Shown here piece by piece: positions 11,365 through 24,652 of a stretch of 64,000 nucleotides of DNA. Below the pieces are notes generated by a model. That model did no database searches. It was not told the origin of the DNA and saw only the letters and a program-made list of their open reading frames with translations. Made by a program: the position numbers and the translations under genes. Source of the DNA: Mobula hypostoma. Its lineage: Eukaryota. Positions within the stretch are counted from its first letter, which is position 1, and every line of letters begins with the position of its first letter. Location of the stretch: NCBI RefSeq assembly GCF_963921235.1, contig NC_086108.1, forward strand, positions 100,380,001 to 100,444,000. The letters are read 5' to 3'.

Positions 11365-12502
11365 ACACTTAACATTACTGAGGCCAAAAAGCTGATTGTG
11401 GACTTCAAAAAGGATAAATTGAGGGATTAGGAATGGAAAGAGTAAGCAATTTCAACATCCTGGGTGTCAATATCTCTAAGGGCCTAACCTGGTCCCAACA
11501 TATCAATGTAGCTATAAAGAAGGCAAGATAGCAACTATTTTCATTAGGAGGTTGGGAGATTTGGTTTGTCACTGAAAACACTCAAAAACTCCTACAGAAG
11601 TACTGTGGAAAAGATTCTGACTGGCTGCATCACCATCTGGTATGGGGGGTAGGGGAAGCAGGGAGGTGCTTCTGCACAGGATTGAAGTAAGTTGCAGAAA
11701 GTTGTAAAATTAGTCAGCTCCATCAGGGGTACTAGCCTCTGTAGTGTCCAAGACAACTTCAAGGAGCAGTGTCTCAGGAAGCTGGTTCCCATCATTAAGG
11801 AAGCCCATCACCCAGGAAATGTCCTTTTTCCATCATTTCATCAGGTAAGAGGTACAGGAGCCTGAAGGCACACCCTCAGTGATTCAGGATCAGTTTCTTC
11901 CACTCTGCCATCCGATTTCTCAATGGACATTGAGTCCATGAACACTACCTCAATACTTTTTTATTTTCTGTTTTTCCACTGCTTATTTTAACTTAACTAC
12001 TTAATATGCATATATATAATTACTGTAATTCATTTAAAAATATTTATCATGTATTAAATTGTACTGCTGCCACAACATTAACAAATTTAACGACATATGT
12101 CAGTGATATTAAACCTAATTCTGATTCTGACACCCATCTGCCCCTACCTCCCTCTGTTCCTCTAAGGCACTCATTGAAACCCACTTCTTAATGTAATCTC
12201 TCCTTCTATGTTACACCAAGCACTATTCTGATACAAATACAAGAGATTCTACAGATGCTGGAAATCTTTAGCAAAACACACAAAGTGCTGGAGGAGCTCA
12301 GCAGGCCAGGCAGCATCAATGGAAGGAAATGTACAGTCGACATCTCAGTTTGAAACATCCACTGCTCATTTCCTCACCATAGATGCTGCCTGATTTGCCT
12401 AGTTCCTCCAGATCTTTGTATGTATTATTGTGATATACCCCAATGCCTCATTTTGGAGATATTTACTATGTTAAAGGCTCAAAGTAACTGCTATTTGTTG
12501 TT

Positions 12503-12636
12503 CACATGAGGAAATCTGCTGATGCTGGAAATTAAAGCAACACACATACGAAGGGTCTCGGCCCGAAACGTCGACTGTAGCTCTTCCTATAGATGCTGCC
12601 TGGCCTGCTGCGTTCACCAGCACTTTTTATGTGTGT
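12503..12636. mobile_element. Penelope-derived two-arm mini-insertion
   Basis: Inverted tail segment joined to a forward terminal repeat. 14-bp TSD TGCTATTTGT(T/C)GTT at 12489-12502 and 12637-12650. An older analogue sits at ~12235-12424. Confidence 0.85.
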
Positions 12637-14376
12637 TGCTATTTGTCGTTGGTGTAACTTTATGAAAACATTTAGACTATGATAAGAATTTGATTATCTG
12701 AGAGACGGACTTATCATGAGAATTTGCAACCGGTAAAGTTCACTCATTTAAAAATAAAAGTGATATTATATACCTCTACTCATCCAGTAAGTGACTTGTT
12801 CAATGGAAACAACCTTGGCTTTATTGTTCTTGTCTTGGTTGCTGGGAAAAGGTTCCAATATCGTCTCTGTTATCCATGTGTGCATGAAGATTTGGCATGC
12901 ACCACCATTGGTTTAATTCCTGGACTGGGGTTATCTTCAACCTTTCTGAATAGAGCCACTAAAAGGCTAATCAGACCAGTGTTTATCTAGCCTCTGATCT
13001 GATTAACTCAACTAGATATGGAGATGTGTCAACCCCCAGAACTATATAAAAAATATGTACTACCAAACACCTTAACCACGTCTCCTTTGTCTGACTGCAA
13101 TGACCATCTGTTGTTGATCAGGCACTCCATGTCATTGCTGCTTACAGCTGCTGTATCATTTAAAGGATTCACTCACCAGCTAAGGCAGAGTTTGGCCGAC
13201 ATTCTGGTCCTGAATGAAATCATAGGATTAAGTTTTTACATGATCTTCCTGAGTTGCTCATGGAACAACTAATAGCCTCTGAATTTAACACCTCTTCCAT
13301 GTGATAGGAGTAAAAAATCAACTAACCCAGTTTAGGCACAGTAAGATGCAATGGGTAGTAATAAACTAACAACCAAAACTTGAAAATAACACTGGCCAAA
13401 ATGAATTATAGAAATTCCTATCTATTCAACACAGTGAAAACCTGTACGCTTATCTGAGAGAAAGCTAAGTAAGACCATAAGATATGGGAGCAGAATTAGG
13501 CCTTTTGACCTGTCGAGTCTGCTCCACTATTTCATCATGGCTGATCCATTTTCCCTCTCAGCCCCAGTCACCAGCCTTCTCCACATATCCTTCCATGACC
13601 TGACTAATCAATCTCTGCCCTAAGTACACCCAATGACTTGGCCTCCATAGCTTCCTGTGCCAAAAAATTCTTCAGATTCACCACTCTCTCTAAAGAAATT
13701 CTTCCTCTCCTTCATTCTAAATGGACACCACTCTACTATGAGACTGTGTCCTCAGTACTTTCAATATAGTGAATCTCAAAGACAGACATAGACTAGACAA
13801 TTGAAATCAATGGGTAGTCATTGCTTTAGGATGATTGACAGAAAGGGTATTTGAAGGTCAAAGTTGAAAGTTAACATTGAGTTTATTGTCAACTGTACAA
13901 CTACATGTAAGCATAGGTGTAATGAAAAACCTGCAACAGTTTCACAGGCACATAGCAAAGAACTCTAGAGTATAAGTCGCAGCTTCAGAATACAACATGG
14001 ATTGCTCTTTAGAACAGAGATGAGGAAGAATTTCTTTAGCTACAGAGTGGTGAGTCTGTGAAATTTGTTGCTGTGAAAGTCAAGTCATTGGGTATATTTA
14101 AATGCAGGTTGATAAGTTCTTGATCAGTCAGGTAATCAAAGATTATGTGAGAATGCAAGAGAATGGAGTTGAGAAGGATAAGAAGTCAGCCATGATGGGA
14201 TGGCGGAGAGGACTCAATAGACTGAATGGCCTAATTCTGCTGCTATGTCTTATGGTCTTATGGACACACGAAGAGTCATTGAGCCCAAAACAATCCATGC
14301 TGACCAGGGTGCCCACTCAACTGGTCTCAGTTTCCTGCATTCAGCCCATATCCCTCAAAGCCCCACCCTCCATGTA

Positions 14377-15855
14377 CAATGCCTATAAAAAGTATTCATC
14401 CCCTTGGAAGTTTTCACATTTTGTTGTTTTATAGCATTGAATCACAGTGGATTTCATTTGTTGTTTTGACACTGATCAAAAGAAAAAAGACTCTTTCATG
14501 CCGAAGTGAATACAGTCCCGACAAAGTGATCTAAATTAATTATAAATCTAAAACACAAAATAACTGATTGCATAAGTATTCACCCCCTTCAAATTGATGC
14601 ACCTGTGGCATCAATTTTGCAGCCTTGAGTCTGTGTGGCTAGGTCTCTACCAGTTTTGCACATGTGGACACTGCATTTTTTCCTCATCTTTACAAACCTG
14701 CTCAAGCTCTGTCAGATTACATGGGGATTGTGTGTGAACAGCTCTTTTCATGTCCGGCCACAAATTCTCAATTGGATTGTGGTCTGGACTCAGACTTGGC
14801 CACTCAAGGACATTAACTTCCTTACTTTTTAAACCATTCCTGTGTAGTTCTGGTTTTATGCTTGGGGTCATCTTCTTGCTGGAAAACAAATCTCCTCCTA
14901 AATTGCAGTTCTTGAAGACTGCATCTGGTTTTCCTCCAGGATTTCCCTGTATTTTGCTGCATTCATTTTACCCTCTACCTTCACAAGCTTTCCAGGGCCT
15001 GATGCAGTGAAGCATCCCCACAACATGATGCAGCCACCACCGTGCTTCATGGTAGGGATGGTATGTTTTTGATGATGCACAGTCATTTAGTCCGATAGCC
15101 AAAAAGCTCAATTTTGGTTTAATCAGACCATAGAACCTTCTTCCAGCTGAATTCTGAGTCTCCATGTGCCTTCTGCCATACTCTAGCTAAGATTTCATGT
15201 GAGTTTTTTTTCAACAGTGGCTTTCTCTTTGCTACTCTCCCATAAAGCTGTGACTGGTGGTGAAGCACCCAGGCAATGGTTGTTGTATACGCATTCTCTC
15301 CCATCTTAGCCACTGAAGCTTGTAACTATTCCAGAGTTGTCATAGGTCTCTTGTGGCCTCCCTCACTAGTCCCCTTCTTGCACAGTCTCTCAGTTTTTGA
15401 GGACAGCCTGCTCTAGGCAGATTTACAGCTGTGCCATATTCTTTCTATTTAATTGATGATTGACTAACTGTACTTCAAAGGACATTCAGTGACTTGGAAA
15501 TTTTCTTGCATCCATCTCCTGACTTGTGCTTTTCAATAACCTTTTCGCATTCATTGTTTGGAGTGTTCTTTTGTCTTCATGGTATAGTTTTTGCCAGGAT
15601 ACTGACTCACAAGGAGGTGGACCTTCCAGATACAGGAAAAAAGATAAACCTTCTACTACAATCAATTGAAACACTTTGAATGCATACAGGTTTCCAAAAA
15701 CAGATCTCTATTTAACTAATTATATATATGACCTCTAAAATCAATTGGCTACACCAATGATGATTTGGTGTGTCATATTAAATGGGGGTGAATGAACACA
15801 TATGCAATGAATTATTTTGTGTTTTATATTTATAATTAATTTAGATCGCTTTGTG
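14377..15855 (-). mobile_element. Near full-length degraded Tc1 transposon (long-TIR type)
   Basis: TA|CAATGCCTATAAAAAGTATTCA TIR with an internal repeat AAGTATTCACCCCC. Minus fragments read RVAKRKPLL, WKKVLWSD, PTMKHGGGCIMLWGCF and LEWPSLSPDHNPIENLW. Partial opposite TIR at ~15780-15855. Confidence 0.92.
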
Positions 15856-17624
15856 ATCTCTATGTGCTATACCTCAATAAATTTTTTTAAATGAAATCAT
15901 GAACAGAAGATAACTTACAGTGAACAATCTATTGTACACCAAACAACGTCAATTTGGTCAGAAAATGGAGTTTATTTAAAGAGGGCAAGAAAGAGAAGAT
16001 GTAACAACTTCTCCCAAAACAGTCAGGGTAATTTCTCTGGAAGGATATAGTGAGTTGGTGAAAGTGCCCAAAGGTTATGTGCTAAAGAGTATATCGATCA
16101 ATTCTCAATGACAGAGAAATTACCCAATCTTCTCCAATCTGGCAGACTCTGTGTTATCCTATACACAACCCAAAACAATAGTTACTTATAGAAACAGGAT
16201 CGAAGGGTTATCTTTTTAATACATCTTTAAGCATGGTACACTGAACTGATTCCACAACCAATAATTTCACTTTCAAGGACTCCACAACTCATGTTCTCAG
16301 TATTAACTATTTATCTATCTATCTATCTATTTATTTATTTATTTGCTTGTCTATTTATTTACTTACTTATCTGCTCATTTATTTATTTGTTTGATTATTT
16401 TGTATTTGCACAGTCTGTCTTCTTTTGCACATTAGTTGTTTGTCAGTCTTTAAGCATGTTCCTGTGTATAAATATTGTGATCCTATTGCACAGAATAGTC
16501 ATGTTGAGCACCTGGTTCTCAGTCACACAAGAGAAACATTCAGTCTATTAATTATAAGTATCAATGTACAAATAATTTTAGAAGTACTACTTGTTTTAGG
16601 ACCACTACTTCTTAAATAAACTGCAATGAATTTGGAGACAGGTATACACACATCACAATGCATTCATGAAGTTCATTTGTCATCGATGAGAGTTATAAAG
16701 TTATCAGAAACTTTCTGAAGAAACCTAGATCTCTTCCCTTTTCAGCAGAAGAGGCTGAGGAGACCTTTGACAGAATCAGCATTCTGCCCATTGCGTCTAT
16801 ACAGGCTCTAAGCAGCATGCTGCCATAGAAAAGGAGATTCAGAAGTTTAGGTCCCACACCAACAGGATCAGGAACAGTTATTACCTTTCAACTGTCAGAC
16901 CCCTGAACCAGCATGGATAACCACAGCACTGAAATGATTCTACAGCCAGTGGACTCACTTTCAAGGACTTGACAACTCATTCTCAGTATTGTTAATTTAT
17001 TAACTTATTTGTATTTGAACAGGCTACCATCTTTGCATATTGGTTGTTCATCAGTCATTGATTATATTGAGTTTCTACTGTGGATGCATGCAAGAAGACG
17101 AATCTCAGGGTTGTATGTGGTGTTATATATGTACTTTGGTAATAAACTTACTTTGAACTTTGAAGTAGAGGATTCCTTATTCCCAGTTTTCCTCTTTTCT
17201 TTTTCTTCCCTCACACCAGCATTTATTCTTTCTCAAGTGCCCACAAAGTACATTTTGATTTTTTTTAATTTGAAGAGTAATCATGGTAACAAGCAAATTG
17301 AACTCAGGACAGTAGCGTTATATTAACCTGTACGCCACCGTGCCACCCCAAGTATGAATTTAAGATCCTAACCACTCCACAGAAAAAAAATCAAATTAAA
17401 TTTATTATCAAAGTGCATGTACACTACCCTGAGATGCCTTTTCTGGCAGGTATTTACAGAAAAATAAAGAAATACAATGGAATCTACACTTTGTATGAAA
17501 AAAACCATTCAAAAGACTAACAAGCAACCAATGTGCAAAAGAAGGTAAATTGTGCAAATAGAAAAGCAATACTACTGAGAATATTAGTTGTAGAGACCTT
17601 GAGAGTGAGTCCATAGGTTCTGGA

Positions 17625-17813
17625 ACACACATCAAAGTTGCTGGTGAACGCAGCAGGCCAGGCAGCATCTCTAGGAAGAGGTACAGTCGACGTTTCAGGC
17701 CGAGACCCTTCGTCAGGACCTCTTCCTAGAGATGCTGCCTGGCCTGCTGCGTTCACCAGCAACTTTGATGTGTGTTGCTTGAATTTACAGCACCTGCAGA
17801 ATTCCTGTTGTTT
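17625..17813. mobile_element. Penelope-derived fold-back mini-element (perfect 58-bp arms around a hammerhead motif)
   Basis: Arms 17625-17682 and 17718-17775 are exact reverse complements, followed by a 38-bp tail. 14-bp TSD CCATAGGTT(C/G)TGGA at 17611-17624 and 17814-17827. Confidence 0.92.
17683..17719 (-). ncRNA. Minimal type I hammerhead ribozyme motif
   Basis: Minus strand GTC CTGACGA A GGGT-CTCG-GCCT GAAA CGTC GAC: conserved core, stem II, palindromic ACGT stem III and a GUC triplet. Confidence 0.75.
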
Positions 17814-18802
17814 CCATAGGTTGTGGAATCAGTTTAATGTTGCGGTGGGAGAATTTACCCACGTTAGTCCAGGAGTTTGTTGGCTGCAGTGAAATAACTG
17901 TTGCTGAACCCGTTCTTTATGCCATCCCTCTATTGTCCAAAAAATTTAAATCTGTTCCTCTGATCCTTGAATCTAATGGGAAGAGCTTTCTTCTAATTAT
18001 CCTGTCTAAACCTGTCATGATGACATGCATCTCCATCTAAATTCTTCTTGACCTTTTTTGCTGGAAGGGGAGATGAAACCTCTTCAATCTAACATTTTAA
18101 CTGAAATCTCTCATCATGGAACCAATCTAAGAAATCGTTTCGACACTATCTACACCAGTATTAAAAGTCTGGATAAAAATCTACTTACATTGACTGGAGA
18201 GTCATTAACCAGAAGACACAGATTAAAGGTGATTGACAAAAGAATGAAAGGTTACATGAGGAGAAAGCTTTTTACACTCAACTGTTTCAGGTTTTACTTT
18301 TCATTGCCTTTTAGTCCAGTGGAAGTATTTTCAATATTTGTTCTCAGAAGTAAGTACACTCAGTGGCCACTAAATGTTAGTTTGTGGACTTCGGCTGCTG
18401 TAGCCCATCCACTTCAAGGTTTGACGTGTTGTGTATTCAGAAATGCTCTTCTGCACACCACTGCTGTAAAGCGTGGTTATTTAAGTTACTGTCACCTTCC
18501 AGTCAGTTTGAAACCGTCTGGCCATTCTCCTCTAATCTCTGTCACTAGCAAGGCATTTTTGCCCACAGAACTGCCACTCACTGGATGCTTTTACGTTTTT
18601 TTGTGTAAGTGAAGGGCAGATGGACTGGGCAGGGGAGGGAAAGAAACCAATGATGGTGTCTTGGCTGAGTGTAGGAGGCATGGGTAGATCAGCAGGAGAG
18701 AGAATAGGGTCAGAAGGGCAGCAGTTCATCAGAAGTTGGAGAATTCAATGTTTGTACTGTCAGGGTATAGACTACGAATGCAGAGTACAACAATGTCCAT
18801 TT

Positions 18803-21560
18803 AGAACAGAAACATAGAAAAACCTGCAGCACAATACAGGCCCTTCGGCCCACAATACAGTGCTGAATATGTACTTACTTTACAAATTACCTCGGGTTAC
18901 CCATAGCACTCTATTTTTCTATGCTCCATGTACCTATCCAGGAGTCTCTTAAAAGACCCTATAGTATCTGCCTCCACTAATATCGCTGGCAGCCCATTCC
19001 ATGCACTCACCACTCTCTGCATAAAAAGCTTAACTCTGACATCTCCTCTGTCCCTACTTCCAAGCACCTTAAAACTGTGTCCTCTCATGTTAGTCATTTC
19101 AGCACTGGGAAAAAGCCTCTGACTATCCACATGATCAATGCCTCTCATCATCTTATACACCTCTATCTGGTCACCTCTCATCCTCTGTCGCTCCAAGGAG
19201 AAAAGGCCAAGTTCACTCAACCTATTCTTATAAGGCATGCTCCCCAATCCAGGTAACATCCTTGTAAATTGCCTCTGAATCCTTTCTATGGTTTCCACAT
19301 CCTTCCTGTAGTGAGGCGACCAGAACTGAGCACAGTACTCCAAGTGGGGTCTGACCAGGATCCTAAATAGCTGCAACATTACCTCTCGGCTCTTGAACTC
19401 AATCCCATGGTTGATGAAAGCCAATACAGCTTTGAGTACCCTATGGACTCTGACCCTAAGAACGCTCTGATCCTCCACTGCCAAGAGTCTTACCATTAAT
19501 ACTATATTCTGCCATCATATTTGACCTACCAAAATGAACCACCTCATACTCAACTGGGTTGAACTCCATCTGCCATTTCTCAGCCCAGTTTTGCATCCTA
19601 TCGATGTCCCGCTGTAACCTCTGACAGCCCTCCACACTATCCACAACACCCACAACCTTTGTGTCATCAGTAAATTTACTAACCCATCCCTCCACTTCCT
19701 CATCCAGGTCATTTATAAAAATCATGAAGAGAAAGGGTCCCACAACAGATCCCTCAGGCACACCATTGGTCGCCAATCTCCATGCAGACTATGACCCATC
19801 TACAACCACTCTTTGCCTTCTGTGGGCAAGGAAATTCTGGATCCACAAAGTAAGGTTCCCTTGGATCCCATGCCTCGTTCCTTTCTCAATAAGCCTGGCA
19901 TGGGGTACCTTATCAAATGCCCTGTTGAAATCCACATACATTACATCTACTGCTCTACTATGTTATTAGTCACATCCTCAAAAAATTCAATCAGGCTCGT
20001 AAGGCATGACCTGCCCTTGACAAAGCCATGCTGACTATTCCTAATCATATTATGCCTCTCCAATGTTCATAATTCCTGCCTCACAGGATCTTCTCCATCA
20101 ACTTACCAACCACTGAAGTAAGACTCACTGGTCTATAATTTCCTGGGCTATCTCTACTCCCTTTCTTGAATAAGGGAACAACGTCTGCAACTCTCCAATC
20201 CTCCACAACCTCTCCGGTCCCCATTGATAATGCAAAGATCATTGCCAGAGGCTCAGCAATCTCCTCTCTCGCTTCTAACAGTAGACTGGGGTATATCTCG
20301 TCTGATCCCGGTGTCTTATCCAATTTGATACTTTCCAAAAGCTCCAGCATATCCTCTTTCTTAATGCCTATATGCTCAAGCTTTTTAGTCAGCTGTAAGC
20401 CATCCCTACAATGGCCAAGATCCTTTTCCGTAGTGAATACTGAAGCAAAGTATTCGTTAAGTACCTCCGCTACCTCCTCCGGTTCCAGACACACTTTTCC
20501 ACTGTCACACTTGATTCTCTCAGTCTTATCCTATTCTCTCACTTCTTATCCCCTTGCTCTTCACACACTTGTAGAATGCCTTGGGGTTTTCCTTAATCCT
20601 GCCCACCAAGGCCTTCTCATGAGCCCTTCTGGCTATCCTAATTTCATTCCTGCTAGCCTTATAATTTTCTAGATCTCTATCATTACCTAGTTTTTTGAAC
20701 CTTTTGTAAGCTTTTCTTCTTGAGTAGATTTTCAACAGCGTTTGTACACCACGGTTCCTGTAACTACCATCCTTTCCCTGTCTCATTGGAACATACCTGT
20801 GCAGAACGCCACGCAAATATCCCATGAACATTTGCCACATTCCTGTTGTACATTTCCCTGAGAACATCTATTCTCAGTTTATGCTTCCTGCCTGATAGCT
20901 TCATATTTCCCCTTACTCCAATTAAATGCTTCCTAACTTGTCTTTTCCTATCCCTCTCCAATGCTATGGTAAGGGAAATAAAATTGTGATCACCATCTCC
21001 AAAATGCTCTCCCACTGAGAGATCTGACACCTGACCAGGTTGGTTTCCCAATACCAGATCAAGTACAACCTCTCCTCTTGTAGACTTATCTACATATTGT
21101 GTCTGGAAATCTTCCTGATCACACCTAACAAACTTCACCCCATCTAAACCCCTTGCTCTAGGGAGATGCCAATCAATATTGGGGAAATTAAATTCCCCCA
21201 TTATGACAACCCTGTTATTCCTGCACTGTTCCAGAATCTGTCTCCTTGTCTACTCCTTGATGTCCCTGTTACTACTGGGTGGTCTGTAAAAAGTACCCAG
21301 TAGAGTTATTAACCCCCTCCTGTTTCTAACTTCCACCCACAGAGACTCCGTAGACAATCCCTCCATGACTTCCTCCTTTTCTGCAGCTGTGACACTATTT
21401 CTGATCAACAGTGCCACTCCCCCACCTCTTTTGCCTTCCTCCTTGTCCTTTCTGAAACATCTAAAGCCCGGCACTCGAAGTAGCCATTCCTGCCCATGAG
21501 CCATCCAAGTCTCTGTAATGGGCACAACATCATAGCTGCAAGTACTGATCCACGCTCTAA
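18803..21560 (-). mobile_element. CR1 (HER1-like) LINE ORF2, endonuclease to 3' tail, degraded
   Basis: Endonuclease motifs ITETW, FYRPP and MGEFNFPNIDW. RT motifs PGNYRPVSLTSVVGK, GVPEGSVVGP and KFTDDTK. C-terminal VRPHLEYCAQFWSP, then a CTATGTTTCT-type tail. Confidence 0.95.
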
Positions 21561-24500
21561 GAATGGAGATGACGAAGAATTTCAGAGGGTGGTGAATCTT
21601 TGGAATTCTTTACCACAGTCAACTGTGGAGGCCAAGTCATTGGGTATATTCAAAGTGGAGCTTGATAGGTTCTTGATTAGTAAGGGCTTCAAAGGGTACG
21701 AGGAGAAGGCAGGAGAATGAGGGAATAAACCAAGCATAATTGAATGGCAGAGTATATTTGATGGGCTGAATGGCCTAATTCTGCTCCTGTATCTTATGGT
21801 TTTGTGGTGAAATATGAGGTTATCAGAAAATCAAGCATGTTCAGTACTCTTTGGGATCATTTGTTAGAACCAAGCCAATTTCAGATTTAGTTCACCAAAC
21901 TGTCTTTACAGTGAAGAAGGATGAAGGTGGTTTGACAGAGGAGTAGAAGGTTATAAGAGGCATATGTAGAGAAGACAGGTGGTGACATTTTCCCAGGGTG
22001 GCAATGGCTAAGACCAGAAAACTTCTATTGAAGGTGAGCGGAGAAAAGTTTAGGGGAGATGTCGGAGGTGGGTTTTTAACGCAGAGAATGGCATGTGCTA
22101 GGAAGGCACTCATAGGGGTGTTGGTAGAGGCAGATGCTTTAGTGTCATTTAGGAGACTCTTAGATAGGCACATGGAGGGTTATTGGATGTGTAGGAGGGA
22201 AGGGTTAGATTGATCAAGAAGTAGGTTAAAAGAATGGCAAAACATCATGGGCCATGGGGCGTGCAATGTGCAGTACTGTCCTATGTTCTAGGGTCTCTGC
22301 CTCTGATACGTTGTGCCTTAACCTTGCAGGACCTGGCCTTCATTGATCTCTTTTATCCAACATAAACCTAGCAGACTGAACAGCCTTCATGAGTACTGTG
22401 CTACATTATGATTCTATTATTCTATTTTCACAGTAATAACAGGGCAAGTTCCTTCCTGGGATTGGCTAACAGGATTCATTCATATCAACAATAATTATTA
22501 GATTTGGTCAGTGCTGCAAAGTGAGAGCTACAGGGTCAACGCGAGGAGAAAATAGAATCAAATGTGTTTGCTTTAGGTAACAAAATCTCCCTTCTAACAA
22601 TGCAGAAGAAAAACAAACCAAAAAAAGTCAAAATAGAACACGCTTGCTTCTTCTGATAAAATACTTAAGATAATAGTTTCAAACTGATCAAGTTGAAAAG
22701 GTTGCACCTAATAAAAAACACATTGCAGTGCTTCAGGTTACAATAAATATTCTAAGTAGAGTTAGTATGAGAACAGGTGCCAGTTCAGTGATGATGGACA
22801 GCCCAGTAACCCCGTTTCCTGTCCAAACTACCTACTATAACTTTACAAAAAAACAATGTAAACCTTCTTCAAACCTCAGCAGCCTCTGGGCCTTCACATC
22901 CTTTCCGCAACGCAGGCAAAGTAAATTTAATTTGATTTCTGACCACAAACTTGGCGTTTGACTTTCACCGATGAGGTTTGCATGAGCATAATCCAGAACG
23001 GAATTTGCCTTTTGACATCTGTGTGCCCGAGGCTTATTAGAGGAACAAAAAAAAATTGAATGCAGTTGTGGAAAAGCTGTGCAATACTTTATATCCGTGT
23101 TTTCACAAAAGCCCCGCCTAATGTCGATTAGCAGAATGACCTGGCCAAAGCTGAAGCAAATGAGAACATCTTTGAACAAGTCTCTCAGACCCCGGTGTCA
23201 GTTTGCAAGCTCTAATCTGGATACTTACATCCTAGATGATGTAACCAGTAATTATTCCTTTTTGATTCAGGATTCAAATTTATTTATTTAGTGATACAGT
23301 GCAAAAGTACCCCTTCTGGACCTTCCAGCCATGCTGCCCCAGCAACCCCCAATAACCCTTGCAGAGACCAATTAACCTAGCCAGTACGATTGTGGTCTGT
23401 AGGGGGAAACCAGAGCACCTGGGGAAAATCTGCGCATTCCATGGCGAGGATGACAGAGACTCCGTACAGAACGGCGATGGAATTTGACACCGAATTCTGA
23501 TGCCCAGGTTGTCATAGTGTCACGCTACGGTGGCGCCCATTTTTGCCATGTTTACATTGAAACATACTGTCCTTCAGACAGTTCATAAAACTACTTCTTT
23601 CACTTCTTTTTCTTTCAAATGAGGTTCTGCTACCATTGGAGCCCGTGACCTACAGTTCAGTGGTGTGTTTTCGGACTGATTGAATGCTCTGGCACTTTGC
23701 TGTCTCCGAGGGTGTTCTGTGAGGTTTTCCAGTGAACTGTTCAGCCTGGAGACAGGGCATGAGCTCATGATTGACTCCTCTCCTCATCAATCTCACCAGT
23801 TAAAATGTCCAGAAAGATTGAATCCATCAAAGTGAGCAAAAGGCAAGCAGGTATTCAATGCTGTCTACTAGCTTTTCACTCGCTGCTGCTGGTAAAAGGT
23901 GTCTGTGTGTGACGTTCTCTCTCACCTTCTCGTCTACTGCTGTAGGAGGAAGGTCTTTACATTTGACTGGTCACTCTCTCCTTCTTGCTCAATGCTGCCG
24001 GAGTCCAGAGCCTTGGGCAAGGTTTAATCGACATGGTTTGTGGATTGGACTCTGTAGTTCAGGTTACGATGTGTTTCTAGCTTCTGGTCACTCCTTTTTT
24101 GTTGTTATGCTGTGTGATTTTGATCGAAGTGGACTGGCTCTGTGACCTGAAGTTAAAAAATGACGTGGAGCTAGACTGAAATGAGCTGAACTGAACTAAA
24201 CGTGCCTGCACTGGTTTGATGATTTGTGGTTACGTGTTTTATATCCTGTGATTTTTTTTTTGCTGTTTGTGCAATTTGTTCTTTTTTTGCACATTGGGGG
24301 TTTGACGTTTTTCTTTGAACAGGTGCCATGGTTTTCTTTGTTTTATGGCTGTCCACGGGAAGACAAATCTCAGGCTTGTATACGCATACATACTTCGACA
24401 TTAAATGTACTTTGAGTCTTTGAAATGCGTCATTTGTATTAACAATCAACAAAAGCGTGCTGGGGGGGGGGCAGCCTGCAAGTGTCACTGCACATTTCAG

Positions 24501-24652
24501 TCCCAATGCAGCATGCGGCAATGTTCCGCAGATAAAACAAGCAACAGCACAAAAAACCCCTTTCCTTCTTCCCATCCACACACATACACCGTCCTTTAAC
24601 CCCGGGACAAGAAAGTGAATCTCTGGGCAGTGTATGGTGACATACAGTATTA

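Larger units (their letters stand above)
6306..12130 (+). mobile_element. Rex1/Babar-type LINE RT and 3' end, degraded and split by the Gypsy insertion (pieces 6306-7024 and 11369-12130)
   Basis: Motifs include YHPVAL, LQFAYHHNRST, APQGCVLSPLLYSL and KFAND. Across the TSD the reading continues CHSKNLT|LNITEAKKLIVDF. 3' tail is ATTAAACCTAATTCTGATTCTG. Confidence 0.85.

Noticed and set aside
12770..12950. Minus-strand coding exon
   Set aside because: All three frames contain stops between the plausible acceptor and donor.
16305..16400. Hydrophobic membrane-protein ORF (16291..16551)
   Set aside because: It is a translation of the (TATC)/(TATT)n simple repeat within a Rex1 3' UTR.
17625..17775. 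MITE or miRNA hairpin
   Set aside because: The arms are identical to Penelope terminal sequence (compare 51199-51256). The one-sided tail and 14-bp TSD do not fit a Tc1/hAT/PIF MITE.
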